Assembly: GCA_965247095.1 (NCBI GenBank)
Contig: OZ251997.1
Coordinates: 3,968,001-4,032,000, forward strand
Source of the DNA: Candidatus Multivorans sp.
Lineage (GTDB): Bacteria > Acidobacteriota > Thermoanaerobaculia > Multivoradales > Multivoraceae
Direction of reading: 5' to 3'
DNA length: 64,000 nt
The notes below the pieces were generated by a model. That model had not been told where the DNA came from. It was given only the letters and a program-made list of their open reading frames with translations, and searched no databases. The position numbers and the translations under genes are program-made. Positions 1 through 11,195 of this stretch are shown one piece after another. The stretch's first letter is position 1; the number at the start of each line of letters is the position of its first letter.

Positions 1-855
1 GAGCGCAACCGGCGCAACCGGAAGGTGGAGGGTCTGTTCCGGCTCCTCTTCCTGTGGATGACCTGCATGCTGATCCTGCCGGTCGCCCTCATCCTCGGCG
101 TGCTCATCTACCGGGGCGGTCCGGCGATCTCGTGGGAGTTCCTGTTCACGACGCCGACCCAGGGGATGACGGCGGGCGGCATTCTGCCGGCCCTGATCGG
201 CACCGTGTGGCTGGTGGTCGTGGCTTTGCTCGCCTCGGTGCCGGTCGGAGTGGCGGCGGCCCTCTACCTGAGCGAGTACGCACCGGATAATCGGCTCACC
301 CGGGCCATCAACCTCGCGATCATCAACCTGGCCGGGGTGCCGTCGATCGTCCACGCGCTGTTCGGCCTCGGCGCCTTCGTCATCTTCTTCCGCTTCGGCA
401 CCAGCATCCTGGCCGCGAGCCTGACCCTGGCGGTGATGACCCTGCCGGTGGTGATCGTCGCCACCAGGGAGTCGCTCCAGACGGTGCCGCTCGCCTTTCG
501 CGAGGCGTGCTGGAACATGGGGGCGACGCGCTGGCAGACGATCCGCAAGGTCGTGCTGCCGAACTCGGTCAGCGGCATCCTCACCGGGGTCATCCTCGAG
601 GTGTCCCGGACCGCCGGCGAGACCGCGCCGATCATGTTCACCGGCGCCGCCTTCTTTCTGCCCTTCCTGCCGCAGGGGGTGCTCGACCAGACGATGGCGA
701 TGTCGCTTCACCTGTTCGTCATCTCGACCCAGGTGCCGGAGGTGCCCGAGCACCTGCCCTTCGGCGTCGCCCTGGTGCTGATCTCGATGGTGCTGGCGAT
801 GAACGGGGTCTCGATCGCCTTCCGGGTCTATCTGCGGGGCCGCAAGAAGTGGTGA
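1..855 (+). CDS. pstA: Phosphate ABC transporter permease PstA (frame open to window edge; true start may be upstream)
   Basis: Hydrophobic ORF with YLSEYA, LAGVPSIVHALFG, EAA-like loop FREACWNMGATRWQTI and RTAGETAP; followed by two PstB genes. Confidence 0.9.
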   Translation, partial: ERNRRNRKVEGLFRLLFLWMTCMLILPVALILGVLIYRGGPAISWEFLFTTPTQGMTAGGILPALIGTVWLVVVALLASVPVGVAAALYLSEYAPDNRLTRAINLAIINLAGVPSIVHALFGLGAFVIFFRFGTSILAASLTLAVMTLPVVIVATRESLQTVPLAFREACWNMGATRWQTIRKVVLPNSVSGILTGVILEVSRTAGETAPIMFTGAAFFLPFLPQGVLDQTMAMSLHLFVISTQVPEVPEHLPFGVALVLISMVLAMNGVSIAFRVYLRGRKKW

Positions 856-1637
856 GCGCTCCCGCGCCGGCGAACGCCGACTTAGCCTTCGCGATCGACG
901 TCGTCGACCTGGCGATCCGTTACCACGGAAAGTTGGCGCTCTCGGGCGTCACGCTCCAGGTTCCAAGCCACGAGATCTTCGGCGTCATCGGACCGGCGAA
1001 CAGCGGCAAGACGTCCTTTCTGCGCGCCATCAACCGGATGGACCTGATGACGGCGGGCATGACGGTCGAGGGAGCGGTGCGCGTGGAGGGCCGGGACGTC
1101 CGGAGTTGGCGCAATCCCTATGCGCTTCGGCAGCGCATCGGCGTCGTGTTCCCGCTGCCTGTGGGCCTGCCGATGACGGTCTACGACAACGTCGCGCTGT
1201 CGTCGCGGCTGCGGGGCACGCGAAGAAGGGCCGACCTGGACGTCATCGTCGAACGCTGCCTGCGGCGTGCCGCGCTCTGGGACGAAGTGAAGGACCGGCT
1301 CGACTCCCTGGGCAGTCTGCTGTCGGGCGGCCAGCAGCAGCGGCTGACGATTGCCCGTGCCCTGTCCCAGGATCCGTCGATCCTCCTGCTCGACGAGTTC
1401 TCGATCGCGGTCGATCCGGTGACCACGATGCGGATCGAGGAGGTGCTGTCGGAGCTCAAGTCCGAGATGACGATCGTGCTGGTCACGAACCTCGTGCAGC
1501 AGGCGCGGAGGTTGGCCTCGCAGACCGCCTTCTTCCTCACCGGCGAGCTGGTCGAGGTCACCCCGACGGAGGCGATGTTCGAGGGCGGCGCCAAGGATCC
1601 GCGGACGACCGCCTACGTCGAAGGGAAGTTCGGATGA
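852..1637 (+). CDS. pstB: Phosphate ABC ATP-binding protein PstB, copy 1 (no H-loop histidine)
   Basis: GTG overlapping pstA stop; Walker A GPANSGKT, LWDEVKDRL, signature LSGGQQQRL, C-terminal YVEGKFG. Confidence 0.85.
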   Translation: MSAPAPANADLAFAIDVVDLAIRYHGKLALSGVTLQVPSHEIFGVIGPANSGKTSFLRAINRMDLMTAGMTVEGAVRVEGRDVRSWRNPYALRQRIGVVFPLPVGLPMTVYDNVALSSRLRGTRRRADLDVIVERCLRRAALWDEVKDRLDSLGSLLSGGQQQRLTIARALSQDPSILLLDEFSIAVDPVTTMRIEEVLSELKSEMTIVLVTNLVQQARRLASQTAFFLTGELVEVTPTEAMFEGGAKDPRTTAYVEGKFG

Positions 1638-2449
1638 CCGCGGCGATTCCGGCGACGGAAGCGACGCCCACGGCTGCCGATCCGGCCGCGGCGATCCTGA
1701 TCGAGAAGCTGAACCTCTGGTACGGCGCCTTTCAGGCTCTGTTCGATGTCGACCTGAACGTGAAGGCGGGCGCGATCACGTCCCTGATCGGCCCCTCGGG
1801 ATGCGGCAAGACGACCTTGCTGCGCTCGGTCAACCGGATCAACGAACGCCTTCCGTATGTGCGCACGTCGGGCAGCATCCGGCTGTGGGGCCTGGATGTC
1901 TACACCCCGGAGGTCGAGCTGGCTCAGCTTCGCAAGCAGGTCGGCATGGTCTTCCAGCGTCCGAACCCGTTGCCGCTGTCGGTGCGCGACAACGTGCTGT
2001 TCGGGACTCGAGTCCACCGCCCGAACGAGCGTCCGCCGACCAGGGTCCAAGGCGACCGCATCGTCGAAGAGGCGCTGCGCGAGGTTCTGCTCTGGGACGA
2101 GTTGAAGGACTCGCTCGACCGCCGCGGCACGGAGCTCTCGCTGGAACAGCAGCAGAAGCTCTGCATCGCGCGTCTGCTGCCGGTCAAGCCGAAGCTCCTG
2201 CTGATGGACGAACCGTGCTCGGCGCTCGACCCCGCCGGCACGGAGGCGGTCGAGGAGCTGATCTGGAAGCTGCGCGGCGCCTACACGATTCTGATCGTCA
2301 CCCACAACATGGCGCAGGCCCGCCGCGCGAGTGAGGAGTGCGTGTTCATGCTGCTCGGCGAGATGGTCGAGCACAGCGACACGGCGTCGATGTTCCTGAA
2401 CCCGTCAAACAGTCAGACGGCGGCCTACATCGAGGGTCGGTACGGTTAG
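1634..2449 (+). CDS. pstB: Phosphate ABC ATP-binding protein PstB, copy 2 (degenerate signature)
   Basis: ATGA overlap; GPSGCGKT, GMVFQRPNP, LLMDEPCSALDP, VTHNMAQA, YIEGRYG. Confidence 0.9.
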   Translation: MTAAIPATEATPTAADPAAAILIEKLNLWYGAFQALFDVDLNVKAGAITSLIGPSGCGKTTLLRSVNRINERLPYVRTSGSIRLWGLDVYTPEVELAQLRKQVGMVFQRPNPLPLSVRDNVLFGTRVHRPNERPPTRVQGDRIVEEALREVLLWDELKDSLDRRGTELSLEQQQKLCIARLLPVKPKLLLMDEPCSALDPAGTEAVEELIWKLRGAYTILIVTHNMAQARRASEECVFMLLGEMVEHSDTASMFLNPSNSQTAAYIEGRYG

Positions 2450-2732
2450 GAGGTCGGCGGCTCGGTTCTCTCCGCCTCGAGGCCGTCCGGGCATTGCTGC
2501 TGCGTGGTAAGGGAGAGCGGCGTGTCAGAACTCGGGTCGGCGGGCTAGAAGAATTCGCTGCGACTGCTGCTATCTGTTGGCGGAACAGAGCGGGAACGGA
2601 CGTCAGGGCTCGGCGACCCTGGGCGACACGTCCGTGGCCGTTTCAATGAAGCGGCGGCTGACGTTGCCGTCAATCGCCTCCATGCCGTCGCCGGGGCACC
2701 GCCGGGGGTGCTCTCCACGACGAGGCGTGCGA

Positions 2733-2761
2733 TTGACAACAGACGCCTCTACCGCTATGTT
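2733..2761 (+). promoter_or_regulatory. sigma70-type promoter upstream of structured leader and DUF3800 gene
   Basis: TTGACA (2733-2738), 17-nt spacer, TATGTT (2756-2761). Confidence 0.75.
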
Positions 2762-2766
2762 GCCCG

Positions 2767-2850
2767 AAGTAGCCCCACGCTTCGGCGTGTTTGCCGACCC
2801 CAGGTGGGCGGCGGATCCTATGGCCACCATTGGTGGCCATAGCTTTGTTT
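2767..2850 (+). ncRNA. Candidate structured small RNA/leader upstream of DUF3800 gene
   Basis: Three consecutive hairpins: CACGC-TTCG-GCGTG, GCCGACCCC-AGGT-GGGCGGC, CTATGGCCACC-ATT-GGTGGCCATAG, between a consensus promoter and a T-rich tract. Confidence 0.6.
2818..2850 (+). terminator. Intrinsic terminator-like hairpin 9 nt before DUF3800 start
   Basis: Perfect 11-bp stem followed by CTTTGTTT. Confidence 0.65.
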
Positions 2851-2859
2851 GGGGCCTAG

Positions 2860-3702
2860 TTGCAGCTTTGCTTCATCGACGAAGCCGGGGATCTGGGAGT
2901 ACTTCGCGACCCACCCGCACCGAACGACCAACCCGTCCTCGTCGTAGCGGGGCTCTTCGTTGACGCCGCCAGGCTCGCGAGCCCGACGGCCGACTACCTC
3001 GATCTCAAGCACCGTTTCTTTCCTAACCTGAACTATCCCTCAGCGCGGCGTCTGGACCGCATCCTGCCGGAGATCAAGGGAGCGGAAGTCCGCAAGCACG
3101 CAACCCGCGGGAACGCGAGGCAAAACCAACATGCGATCGGTTTCCTCGACCACATCGTGGGTCTGTTGCGGCGACACGATGTCAGAGTGGTCGCGCGTAT
3201 CTGGATCAAGGCTCCAGGCTCACCGTTCAAAGGCACAGCCGTGTACACGTCCTCGATTCAGGGCCTGTGTACGTACTTCGAGCACTATCTGACCCAGTGC
3301 GACACACAAGGCCTGTGCATCGCAGACAGCCGCAACAAGAGCAAGAACCTGAGGGTCTCCCACTCGATCTTTACCCAGAAGTTCGGCACGGTTCCGAACT
3401 ACGAGCGCTTGGTCGAACTCCCGACTTTTGGACATAGCGACAACCATGCCGGCCTCCAGATTTGCGACATCGTCTGCTCGGGGCTGCTGTACCCGATCGC
3501 GTGCTTCGCCTACTGCACCGGACACGTGAACAATGTGCATGTGCAATCGGGGGCCTCGCGGCTGAGGAGCCGCTACGGGCCACAGTTGAAGAAACTCCAA
3601 CATCGCTACTACGATGTCGGAGCTAGCCGCTATGTCGGCGGAGTGGTGGTGTCTGATGACGTCAACCAAAGTAGCGGCGCCTTGATGTTCAGCAGCCAAT
3701 AG
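2860..3702 (+). CDS. DUF3800 family protein (predicted RNase H-like nuclease)
   Basis: N-terminal FIDEAG, internal EIKG, IADSR, and GLQICDIV (QxxD) motifs typical of DUF3800; TTG start. Confidence 0.75.
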   Translation: MQLCFIDEAGDLGVLRDPPAPNDQPVLVVAGLFVDAARLASPTADYLDLKHRFFPNLNYPSARRLDRILPEIKGAEVRKHATRGNARQNQHAIGFLDHIVGLLRRHDVRVVARIWIKAPGSPFKGTAVYTSSIQGLCTYFEHYLTQCDTQGLCIADSRNKSKNLRVSHSIFTQKFGTVPNYERLVELPTFGHSDNHAGLQICDIVCSGLLYPIACFAYCTGHVNNVHVQSGASRLRSRYGPQLKKLQHRYYDVGASRYVGGVVVSDDVNQSSGALMFSSQ

Positions 3703-3927
3703 GGCTGGCGCCGGAACGTGGAAGACGCCCATGCCGTTCACACGCCAACGGGCGCCGTCGAGGAGTTGAACCGGTGGCCGAGCGACAGCGAAACCGTCGT
3801 CCGGCACAACCGGCTGCGGAATCTGTCCGCGGTGCGGAAACGACAGACCGTTTCCGGCGCCGCCTTGGAACCGGCAAGTCCAGATCGCCGGAGACCGTTG
3901 CATGGCATGGCTTCGCTATGTCATGAT

Positions 3928-3956
3928 GCCGTCATATTTCCCGGAAAAATGACGGC
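3928..3956. promoter_or_regulatory. 29-bp near-perfect palindrome (candidate operator)
   Basis: GCCGTCATATTTCC-C-GGAAAAATGACGGC ends 3 nt before the ATPase ATG. Confidence 0.6.
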
Positions 3957-3959
3957 GAC

Positions 3960-5120
3960 ATGTACAACGAACCCTATCCTCGGCTGTCCCGACTTCCGCG
4001 TCGGAGCTTCTTCCTGCTCGGCGTCCGAGGGGTCGGCAAGAGCACTTGGGCCCGGCAGAACCTCGGCGACGCTCACCGGGTTGACCTGCTAGACGAAGCG
4101 CGCTTTCACGACTACTTGGTCGATCCGGCGTTGTTCGCGGCGGAACTGCGGTCGGTTCCACCCGGAGGCTGGGTGGTGGTCGACGAGATTCAGCGCCTGC
4201 CGAACCTGCTGAACGAGGTTCATCGGTTCATCGAAGAGCATCGGCTCCGCTTTGCACTCCTCGGGTCCAGCGCCCGAAAGCTGAAGGCGGCTGGAGTCAA
4301 CCTGCTGGCGGGGCGGGCGCTGCGCCGGATGATGCACCCTCTGACGCCGGCGGAACTCGGCCGCGAGTTCGACTTCGAGGCCGCGCTTCGATGGGGAACC
4401 ATTCCACTCGTTTGGACCGCCGAGGACCGGCGCGCGACGCTCGAGAGCTATGTGCAGCTCTACCTCCGTGAGGAGATCCGGGCCGAGGCACTGGTGCGGA
4501 ATCTGGCCGGCTTCGCCCGTTTCCTGCAGGTTGCCGCTCTCTGTCATGGAGCAACCGTCAACGTGTCGGGCATCGCGCGCGAGTGCGGCGTCGCCCGAAC
4601 CACCGTGCAGGGATACCTGGACATCCTGGAAGACACCCTGCTGGCGTACAGGCTGCCCGCCTTCGAAGCGAAGCTGCGTGTGCGCGAGCGCCGTCACCCG
4701 AAGCTCTACTGGGTCGACCCGGGGCTGGTTCGGGCGACGAAGCGGCTTTTCGGTTCGATCGCGCCCGAGGAGCGCGGAACGCTCCTTGAGGGATGGGTGC
4801 TGCACCTGCTCCGAGCGCACGGCGAGGAAACCGACCTCTACGAGGCGGTTCACTATTGGAACCCGCATTCGGCGGCCCACACAGAGGTGGACTTTCTGCT
4901 GCGCCGTGGCCGCGAGTTGCTGGCGATCGAGGTGAAGTCCCAGGCCAGGTACCACACCGGTCTGCTCCGCGGCTTGCGGGCGGTGGCCGAACTGGCCGGC
5001 ATGACCCGGAGGATCCTCCTGTACGGGGGCAGGCGATCGGTCCGCACCGAAGACGATATCGATGTCTGGACCTTCGACGATCTGCACCGGGCACTGGCGG
5101 AGGATGCCCTCTGGCCGTGA
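3960..5120 (+). CDS. AAA_14-type ATPase with DUF4143 / C-terminal PD-(D/E)xK domain
   Basis: Walker A GVRGVGKS, Walker B VVVDEIQ, LGSSA, LAGRA, KLYWVDPG, EVDF...AIEVK. Confidence 0.85.
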   Translation: MYNEPYPRLSRLPRRSFFLLGVRGVGKSTWARQNLGDAHRVDLLDEARFHDYLVDPALFAAELRSVPPGGWVVVDEIQRLPNLLNEVHRFIEEHRLRFALLGSSARKLKAAGVNLLAGRALRRMMHPLTPAELGREFDFEAALRWGTIPLVWTAEDRRATLESYVQLYLREEIRAEALVRNLAGFARFLQVAALCHGATVNVSGIARECGVARTTVQGYLDILEDTLLAYRLPAFEAKLRVRERRHPKLYWVDPGLVRATKRLFGSIAPEERGTLLEGWVLHLLRAHGEETDLYEAVHYWNPHSAAHTEVDFLLRRGRELLAIEVKSQARYHTGLLRGLRAVAELAGMTRRILLYGGRRSVRTEDDIDVWTFDDLHRALAEDALWP

Positions 5121-5232
5121 GCGGGTCAGTCGGCCTGGACCGCTGACGGCCTCGGTCGGCCAGACCGCGGCCCGACTCGCTGTGGCATCATCGGCGGCTG
5201 TTCTGGAACACGCGTCGAATGGGAGGCAAGGT

Positions 5233-6438
5233 ATGGGCAGATACGGTCTGACGGACGAGGTGATCGAGCTGCGCGAGCAGATGCGCGCGTTCATCGACGG
5301 CGAGGTGATTCCGGCCGAACCGGACTTGGAGGCGGAAGAGGACCGCGCCCGCGGCCGGATGGCCGAACTCAAGGCGCTCGCCAAGCAGCGCGGCCTGTGG
5401 GCGTTGGGCCACCCGGCGGAGATCGGCGGCGGCGGTCTGCCGCTGATGTCCTTCGTCTACCTGAACGAGATCATCGGCCGTTCGCACTACGGCCAGATTG
5501 CCGTCGGCTCCGCGTCGATGCAGGATTCGATCATGCTTCACCTTTACGCCAACGAGGAGCAGAGGGAGCGGTGGCTCAAGCCCCTGGTGGCGGGCGAGAT
5601 CTATCCCTCGGTCGGCCTCACCGAGCCGGAGGTCGCCGGCTCCGATCCGACCCTGATGCAGACCCGGGCGGTGCTCGATGGCGACGACTGGGTGATCAAC
5701 GGCCACAAGTGGTTCACCAGCGGCGCCAGCCGTGCCGCGTTCACGACCTGCTTCGCGCTCACCGAACCGGAAGCGCAGGGCCATCGCAAGTTCTCGTCGA
5801 TCATCGTGCCGACGGACACCCCCGGCTACGAGATCGTGCGCGCGGTGCCGACGATGGGCACCACGGACGGCCAGCACTGCGAGGTGCGCTACAACGACGT
5901 CCGGGTGCCGAAGGACAACCTTCTCGGTGGCCGCGGCGAGGGCTTCGTCATCGCCCAGAGGCGCCTTGGGCCCGGTCGCATCTTCCACTGCATGAGGTGG
6001 CTGGGCCAGGCCCAGCGCGCGTTCGAACTGATGTGCGAGCGCGCCAAGTCGCGCTGGGCGCACGGCTCCTACCTGTCGGAGAAGGGCGAGATCCAGCGCT
6101 ACATCGCCGAGTCGGCAGCCGAGATCCAGGCTGCCCGGCTGATGACCCTGGACGCGGCCGAGGCGATGGACCGCGGCGACCAGGCGCGGGTGGAGATCTC
6201 CCTGATCAAGTTCTGGGGCGCGCGAATGCTCCACAACGTGATCGATCGGGCAATCCAGGTCCACGGCGCGCTCGGCGTCACCGGCGACACGCCGCTCGAG
6301 AAGATGTACCGCGAGGCGCGTTACGCGCGGCTCTACGACGGCCCGGACGAGGTGCACCGCATGGTGGTGGCGCGGCGCATCCTGCGCGATCCCCAGGGCA
6401 GGGTGCCCTGGGGCACTCTGAACGGCGGCGGGGGGTAG
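5233..6438 (+). CDS. Acyl-CoA dehydrogenase
   Basis: LTEPEVAGSD, WVINGHKWFTSGA, RLGPGRIFHCMR, AIQVHGALG, LYDGPDEVH; GGAGG SD upstream. Confidence 0.92.
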   Translation: MGRYGLTDEVIELREQMRAFIDGEVIPAEPDLEAEEDRARGRMAELKALAKQRGLWALGHPAEIGGGGLPLMSFVYLNEIIGRSHYGQIAVGSASMQDSIMLHLYANEEQRERWLKPLVAGEIYPSVGLTEPEVAGSDPTLMQTRAVLDGDDWVINGHKWFTSGASRAAFTTCFALTEPEAQGHRKFSSIIVPTDTPGYEIVRAVPTMGTTDGQHCEVRYNDVRVPKDNLLGGRGEGFVIAQRRLGPGRIFHCMRWLGQAQRAFELMCERAKSRWAHGSYLSEKGEIQRYIAESAAEIQAARLMTLDAAEAMDRGDQARVEISLIKFWGARMLHNVIDRAIQVHGALGVTGDTPLEKMYREARYARLYDGPDEVHRMVVARRILRDPQGRVPWGTLNGGGG

Positions 6439-6463
6439 CAGGGCCCTGCGGCCGGCCATCGGC

Positions 6464-7834
6464 ATGTTGCGGCGCCGTCTGATCTTCGGTTTGGCGGCCC
6501 TGGCTCTTCCCGGCGTGGCGGCGCTCAGCCCGCTGGCGGCGTCGGCTCAGTTGCGTGCCGGCTCGGCTGTGGTCGAGATCACGCCGCCGGTCGGATCGCT
6601 GCTCTACGGCTACGGCGTCCGCGGCGCGAACCGCTCCGAGGGCGTTCACGATCCGCTCTACGCGCGGGCGCTGGTGCTCGAGGCGGGCGGCGAGACGTTC
6701 GCACTGGTCACGCTCGATCTCGGATCGATCAAGAAGGCGAACACGCTCGTGGTCCGGCGAGAGGTCGAAGCCGCCGCCGGGTTCGACCACGTTCTGCTGA
6801 GCGCGTCCCACACCCACTCGGCGCCGACCTTCGTGCCCGACTTTCCGAGTGCGGAGCAGCCCTGGATCGCGGAGCTGGAGCGGAAGATCGTCGCCGCGAT
6901 CGTCGAGGCCCACGCCGGGCTGCGGCCGGCCCGGGTCGCGGTGGGCTGGGGCGCGGCGAGCGAGGGCTTCAACCGGCGCCGGGTGCTCTCCTCTGGCAGC
7001 GTGGAGATGTTCTGGCGCAACCGCGAACGGCTGCCGACCGAGCCGGTCGACGACTCGGTGGCGGTGCTCGCCGTCGACGACGCCGGGGGCGGCGCGATCG
7101 CGACGGTGGTCAACTTCGCGGTCCATCCCGTCATCCTGGGGCCCGAGAACATGCTGGTGTCCGCCGACTACCCGGGGGCAATGGCGGCCCTGGTCGAAGA
7201 GCGGGGCGGCGGGATGCCGATGTTCTTGCAGGGCGCTCCGGGCGACATCAACCCGTTCTGGGACAAGACCCCGCCCGAGGAAGGCGGTTTCGAGCAGGCG
7301 CGGATGGCCGGTGAACGGCTCGGACACGAGGTGCTCCGCATTCGCGCCGATCTTCTGGCCGCGGGCGCATTTCACGACCCGGAGACCCTCTCGGTGCGGC
7401 GGCATGTGGTGCCGCTCGAAGCGCGCTGGGACCTGGAGTCGCCGGAGGTGCAGGAGGCGTTCCGCCGCCGCGGCCAGGAGGCGACTCTGGAGCGTTTCCG
7501 GGTGCGGTTCCCGCTCGAACGGGAGGCCGAGGTCAACACGGTGGTGATCGGCAACCGCCGCGAGGACCAGATCGCGCTCGCCAGCTTCCCGGGTGAGTTC
7601 TTCGTCGAACACCAACTCCGTCTGCGCGCGACGAGCCAGACGCCGCACACTCTGTTTGCCGGCTACACGAACGGCGAGCTGGCCTACTTCCCGACCATCG
7701 CCGCCGCAGCCCAGGGCGGTTACGGCGGCCGGGAAGCCACGATCGTCGAGGTCGGCGCCGGCGAGAAGCTGGTCGACCTCGCCCTGGTCTCGATTCTCGA
7801 ACAGGCGGGCTGGCTGCACACGGCGCCGCCGTAG
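6464..7834 (+). CDS. Secreted neutral/alkaline ceramidase-like metallohydrolase
   Basis: Signal peptide; GVHDPLYARALV, SASHTHSAP, NFAVHP, SADYPG, QGAPGDINP, PGEFF motifs. Confidence 0.7.
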   Translation: MLRRRLIFGLAALALPGVAALSPLAASAQLRAGSAVVEITPPVGSLLYGYGVRGANRSEGVHDPLYARALVLEAGGETFALVTLDLGSIKKANTLVVRREVEAAAGFDHVLLSASHTHSAPTFVPDFPSAEQPWIAELERKIVAAIVEAHAGLRPARVAVGWGAASEGFNRRRVLSSGSVEMFWRNRERLPTEPVDDSVAVLAVDDAGGGAIATVVNFAVHPVILGPENMLVSADYPGAMAALVEERGGGMPMFLQGAPGDINPFWDKTPPEEGGFEQARMAGERLGHEVLRIRADLLAAGAFHDPETLSVRRHVVPLEARWDLESPEVQEAFRRRGQEATLERFRVRFPLEREAEVNTVVIGNRREDQIALASFPGEFFVEHQLRLRATSQTPHTLFAGYTNGELAYFPTIAAAAQGGYGGREATIVEVGAGEKLVDLALVSILEQAGWLHTAPP

Positions 7835-7887
7835 GCGGAAGCCAGGCACTACACGGCGCCGCCGTAGGCGGCGGCCAGGCACTACAC
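7818..7887 (+). repeat. 33-bp tandem duplication spanning the stop codon
   Basis: ACACGGCGCCGCCGTAGGCGG(AA/CG)GCCAGGCACT twice, then ACAC. Confidence 0.9.
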
Positions 7888-7914
7888 ATCCAAGCCCCGC
7901 AAGGAGGCATCCTC

Positions 7915-9879
<1,965 letters not shown>

Positions 9880-9931
9880 ACGCACTCGGCGGGGACGAAT
9901 ACCTTCCGCCTCTACGAACCGGGCCGGGCGA

Positions 9932-11101
9932 TCAGAAGTCCATGTGCAGCAGCAGACCGACGTGGTCGACCGATCCGGCTCCATCCGGGTCGGTCGTCAC
10001 GTAGTTCAGGAGCGCCCGCAGGTTGCTGCGCAGATACCAGTTGAGAGCCAGAGAGAGACTCCGCTGGCTGCCGCCGAGAACAGATCCGTCGCTCAGATCG
10101 ATGTGATCCCAGCGCGCGGCGAGTTCCCACGCGCCCTTGCCTTCGGGCACGGGCGCTTGGGGCTTCAACCGGGTGAAGGTGCGGGAGCTTCGACTGTAGG
10201 GCTTCCTCTCGCCGGTGAGGAACCAGCCCGCTTCGACGTACCGGGCCTCGAACCGGGCGCTCCGGCCATCTGGGGAACCAACCGGCAGCAGGTCCACCTG
10301 GGCCGACAGCGCTTCGCCCTGCAGCCAGAAGGAACCCCGCGCGAGCGCGAACTCGACGCCCAGCAGCCGCATGCCGTCGGCGGGCAGCCTTCCGGTGTCG
10401 ACCATGCGCGGCGCGAGTCGTACGCCGGCGCGCCCGCGCAGACGGACCGTGTCCGCGGTGGGCTGGCGGTGCGAGACGCCCACGCCGAGGTGGAGCAGGG
10501 GATCGCTTCCTTCGTCTCCGTCGAGCGCGAGGCCGGTGAGGCGGCCGCTCAGGCTCCAGTCCGACCCGGGCCGCAGGTCGTAGCCGTCGCTGTCGCGGAA
10601 GGCGCCGACGGCCCAGGCGACGCGGTCGCCGGGAAGCCGGTCGTGGATCATGAAGCCGAGGTTGCGCCCGGGCGCCAGAGCGGTGGCCGCGGCCGGACGT
10701 GCGATGAACGAATGGTAGTTGGACGATTGGAGGATGGAGAGGCTGAACGGCTCCTTGAAGTGCCCCGCGCGGAAGCTCGGTGCGGCCCCCTCGGGCGCGA
10801 ACTCGACGAAGACGTCCGTGGGCACGATGTCGCCGCTCGCGATGTCGTGCTCGATCTTGAACGCGAAGCGGTCGAGGAACTCGCCGTTCAGCACCAGGCG
10901 GGCGCGTCGCCAGTCGATGCCATCCTCGAACTCGAACCGGTCGGCCAGGGCCGGGTCGGGAGAGGACGTGCTGGCTTCGACATGGAGCCGCCCGCCGACG
11001 CTGACCGAGAACCGATCCTTGGCGTCTTCGTTGTTCTGAGCCGCCGCGGCGGCGGCGATGGGAATCAACGCAGCCGTCGTGAGGAAACGGAGCACTCGCA
11101 C
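9932..11101 (-). CDS. Phosphate-selective porin OprO/OprP family
   Basis: Signal peptide, RRARL, GHFKEPFSL, GWFLTGE, GAWELAAR, LNWYL, terminal Phe; divergent from phoB. Confidence 0.85.
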   Translation of the reverse strand: MRVLRFLTTAALIPIAAAAAAQNNEDAKDRFSVSVGGRLHVEASTSSPDPALADRFEFEDGIDWRRARLVLNGEFLDRFAFKIEHDIASGDIVPTDVFVEFAPEGAAPSFRAGHFKEPFSLSILQSSNYHSFIARPAAATALAPGRNLGFMIHDRLPGDRVAWAVGAFRDSDGYDLRPGSDWSLSGRLTGLALDGDEGSDPLLHLGVGVSHRQPTADTVRLRGRAGVRLAPRMVDTGRLPADGMRLLGVEFALARGSFWLQGEALSAQVDLLPVGSPDGRSARFEARYVEAGWFLTGERKPYSRSSRTFTRLKPQAPVPEGKGAWELAARWDHIDLSDGSVLGGSQRSLSLALNWYLRSNLRALLNYVTTDPDGAGSVDHVGLLLHMDF

Positions 11102-11195
11102 TTGTCGCTGGGTCAGGCTCGGTGTTGGAAGGCGTCGCCGCGAGCAGCCGACCCGTCCGCTCAGTCGGCCAGCGGGGTGCTCTCGCCTTTACAAT

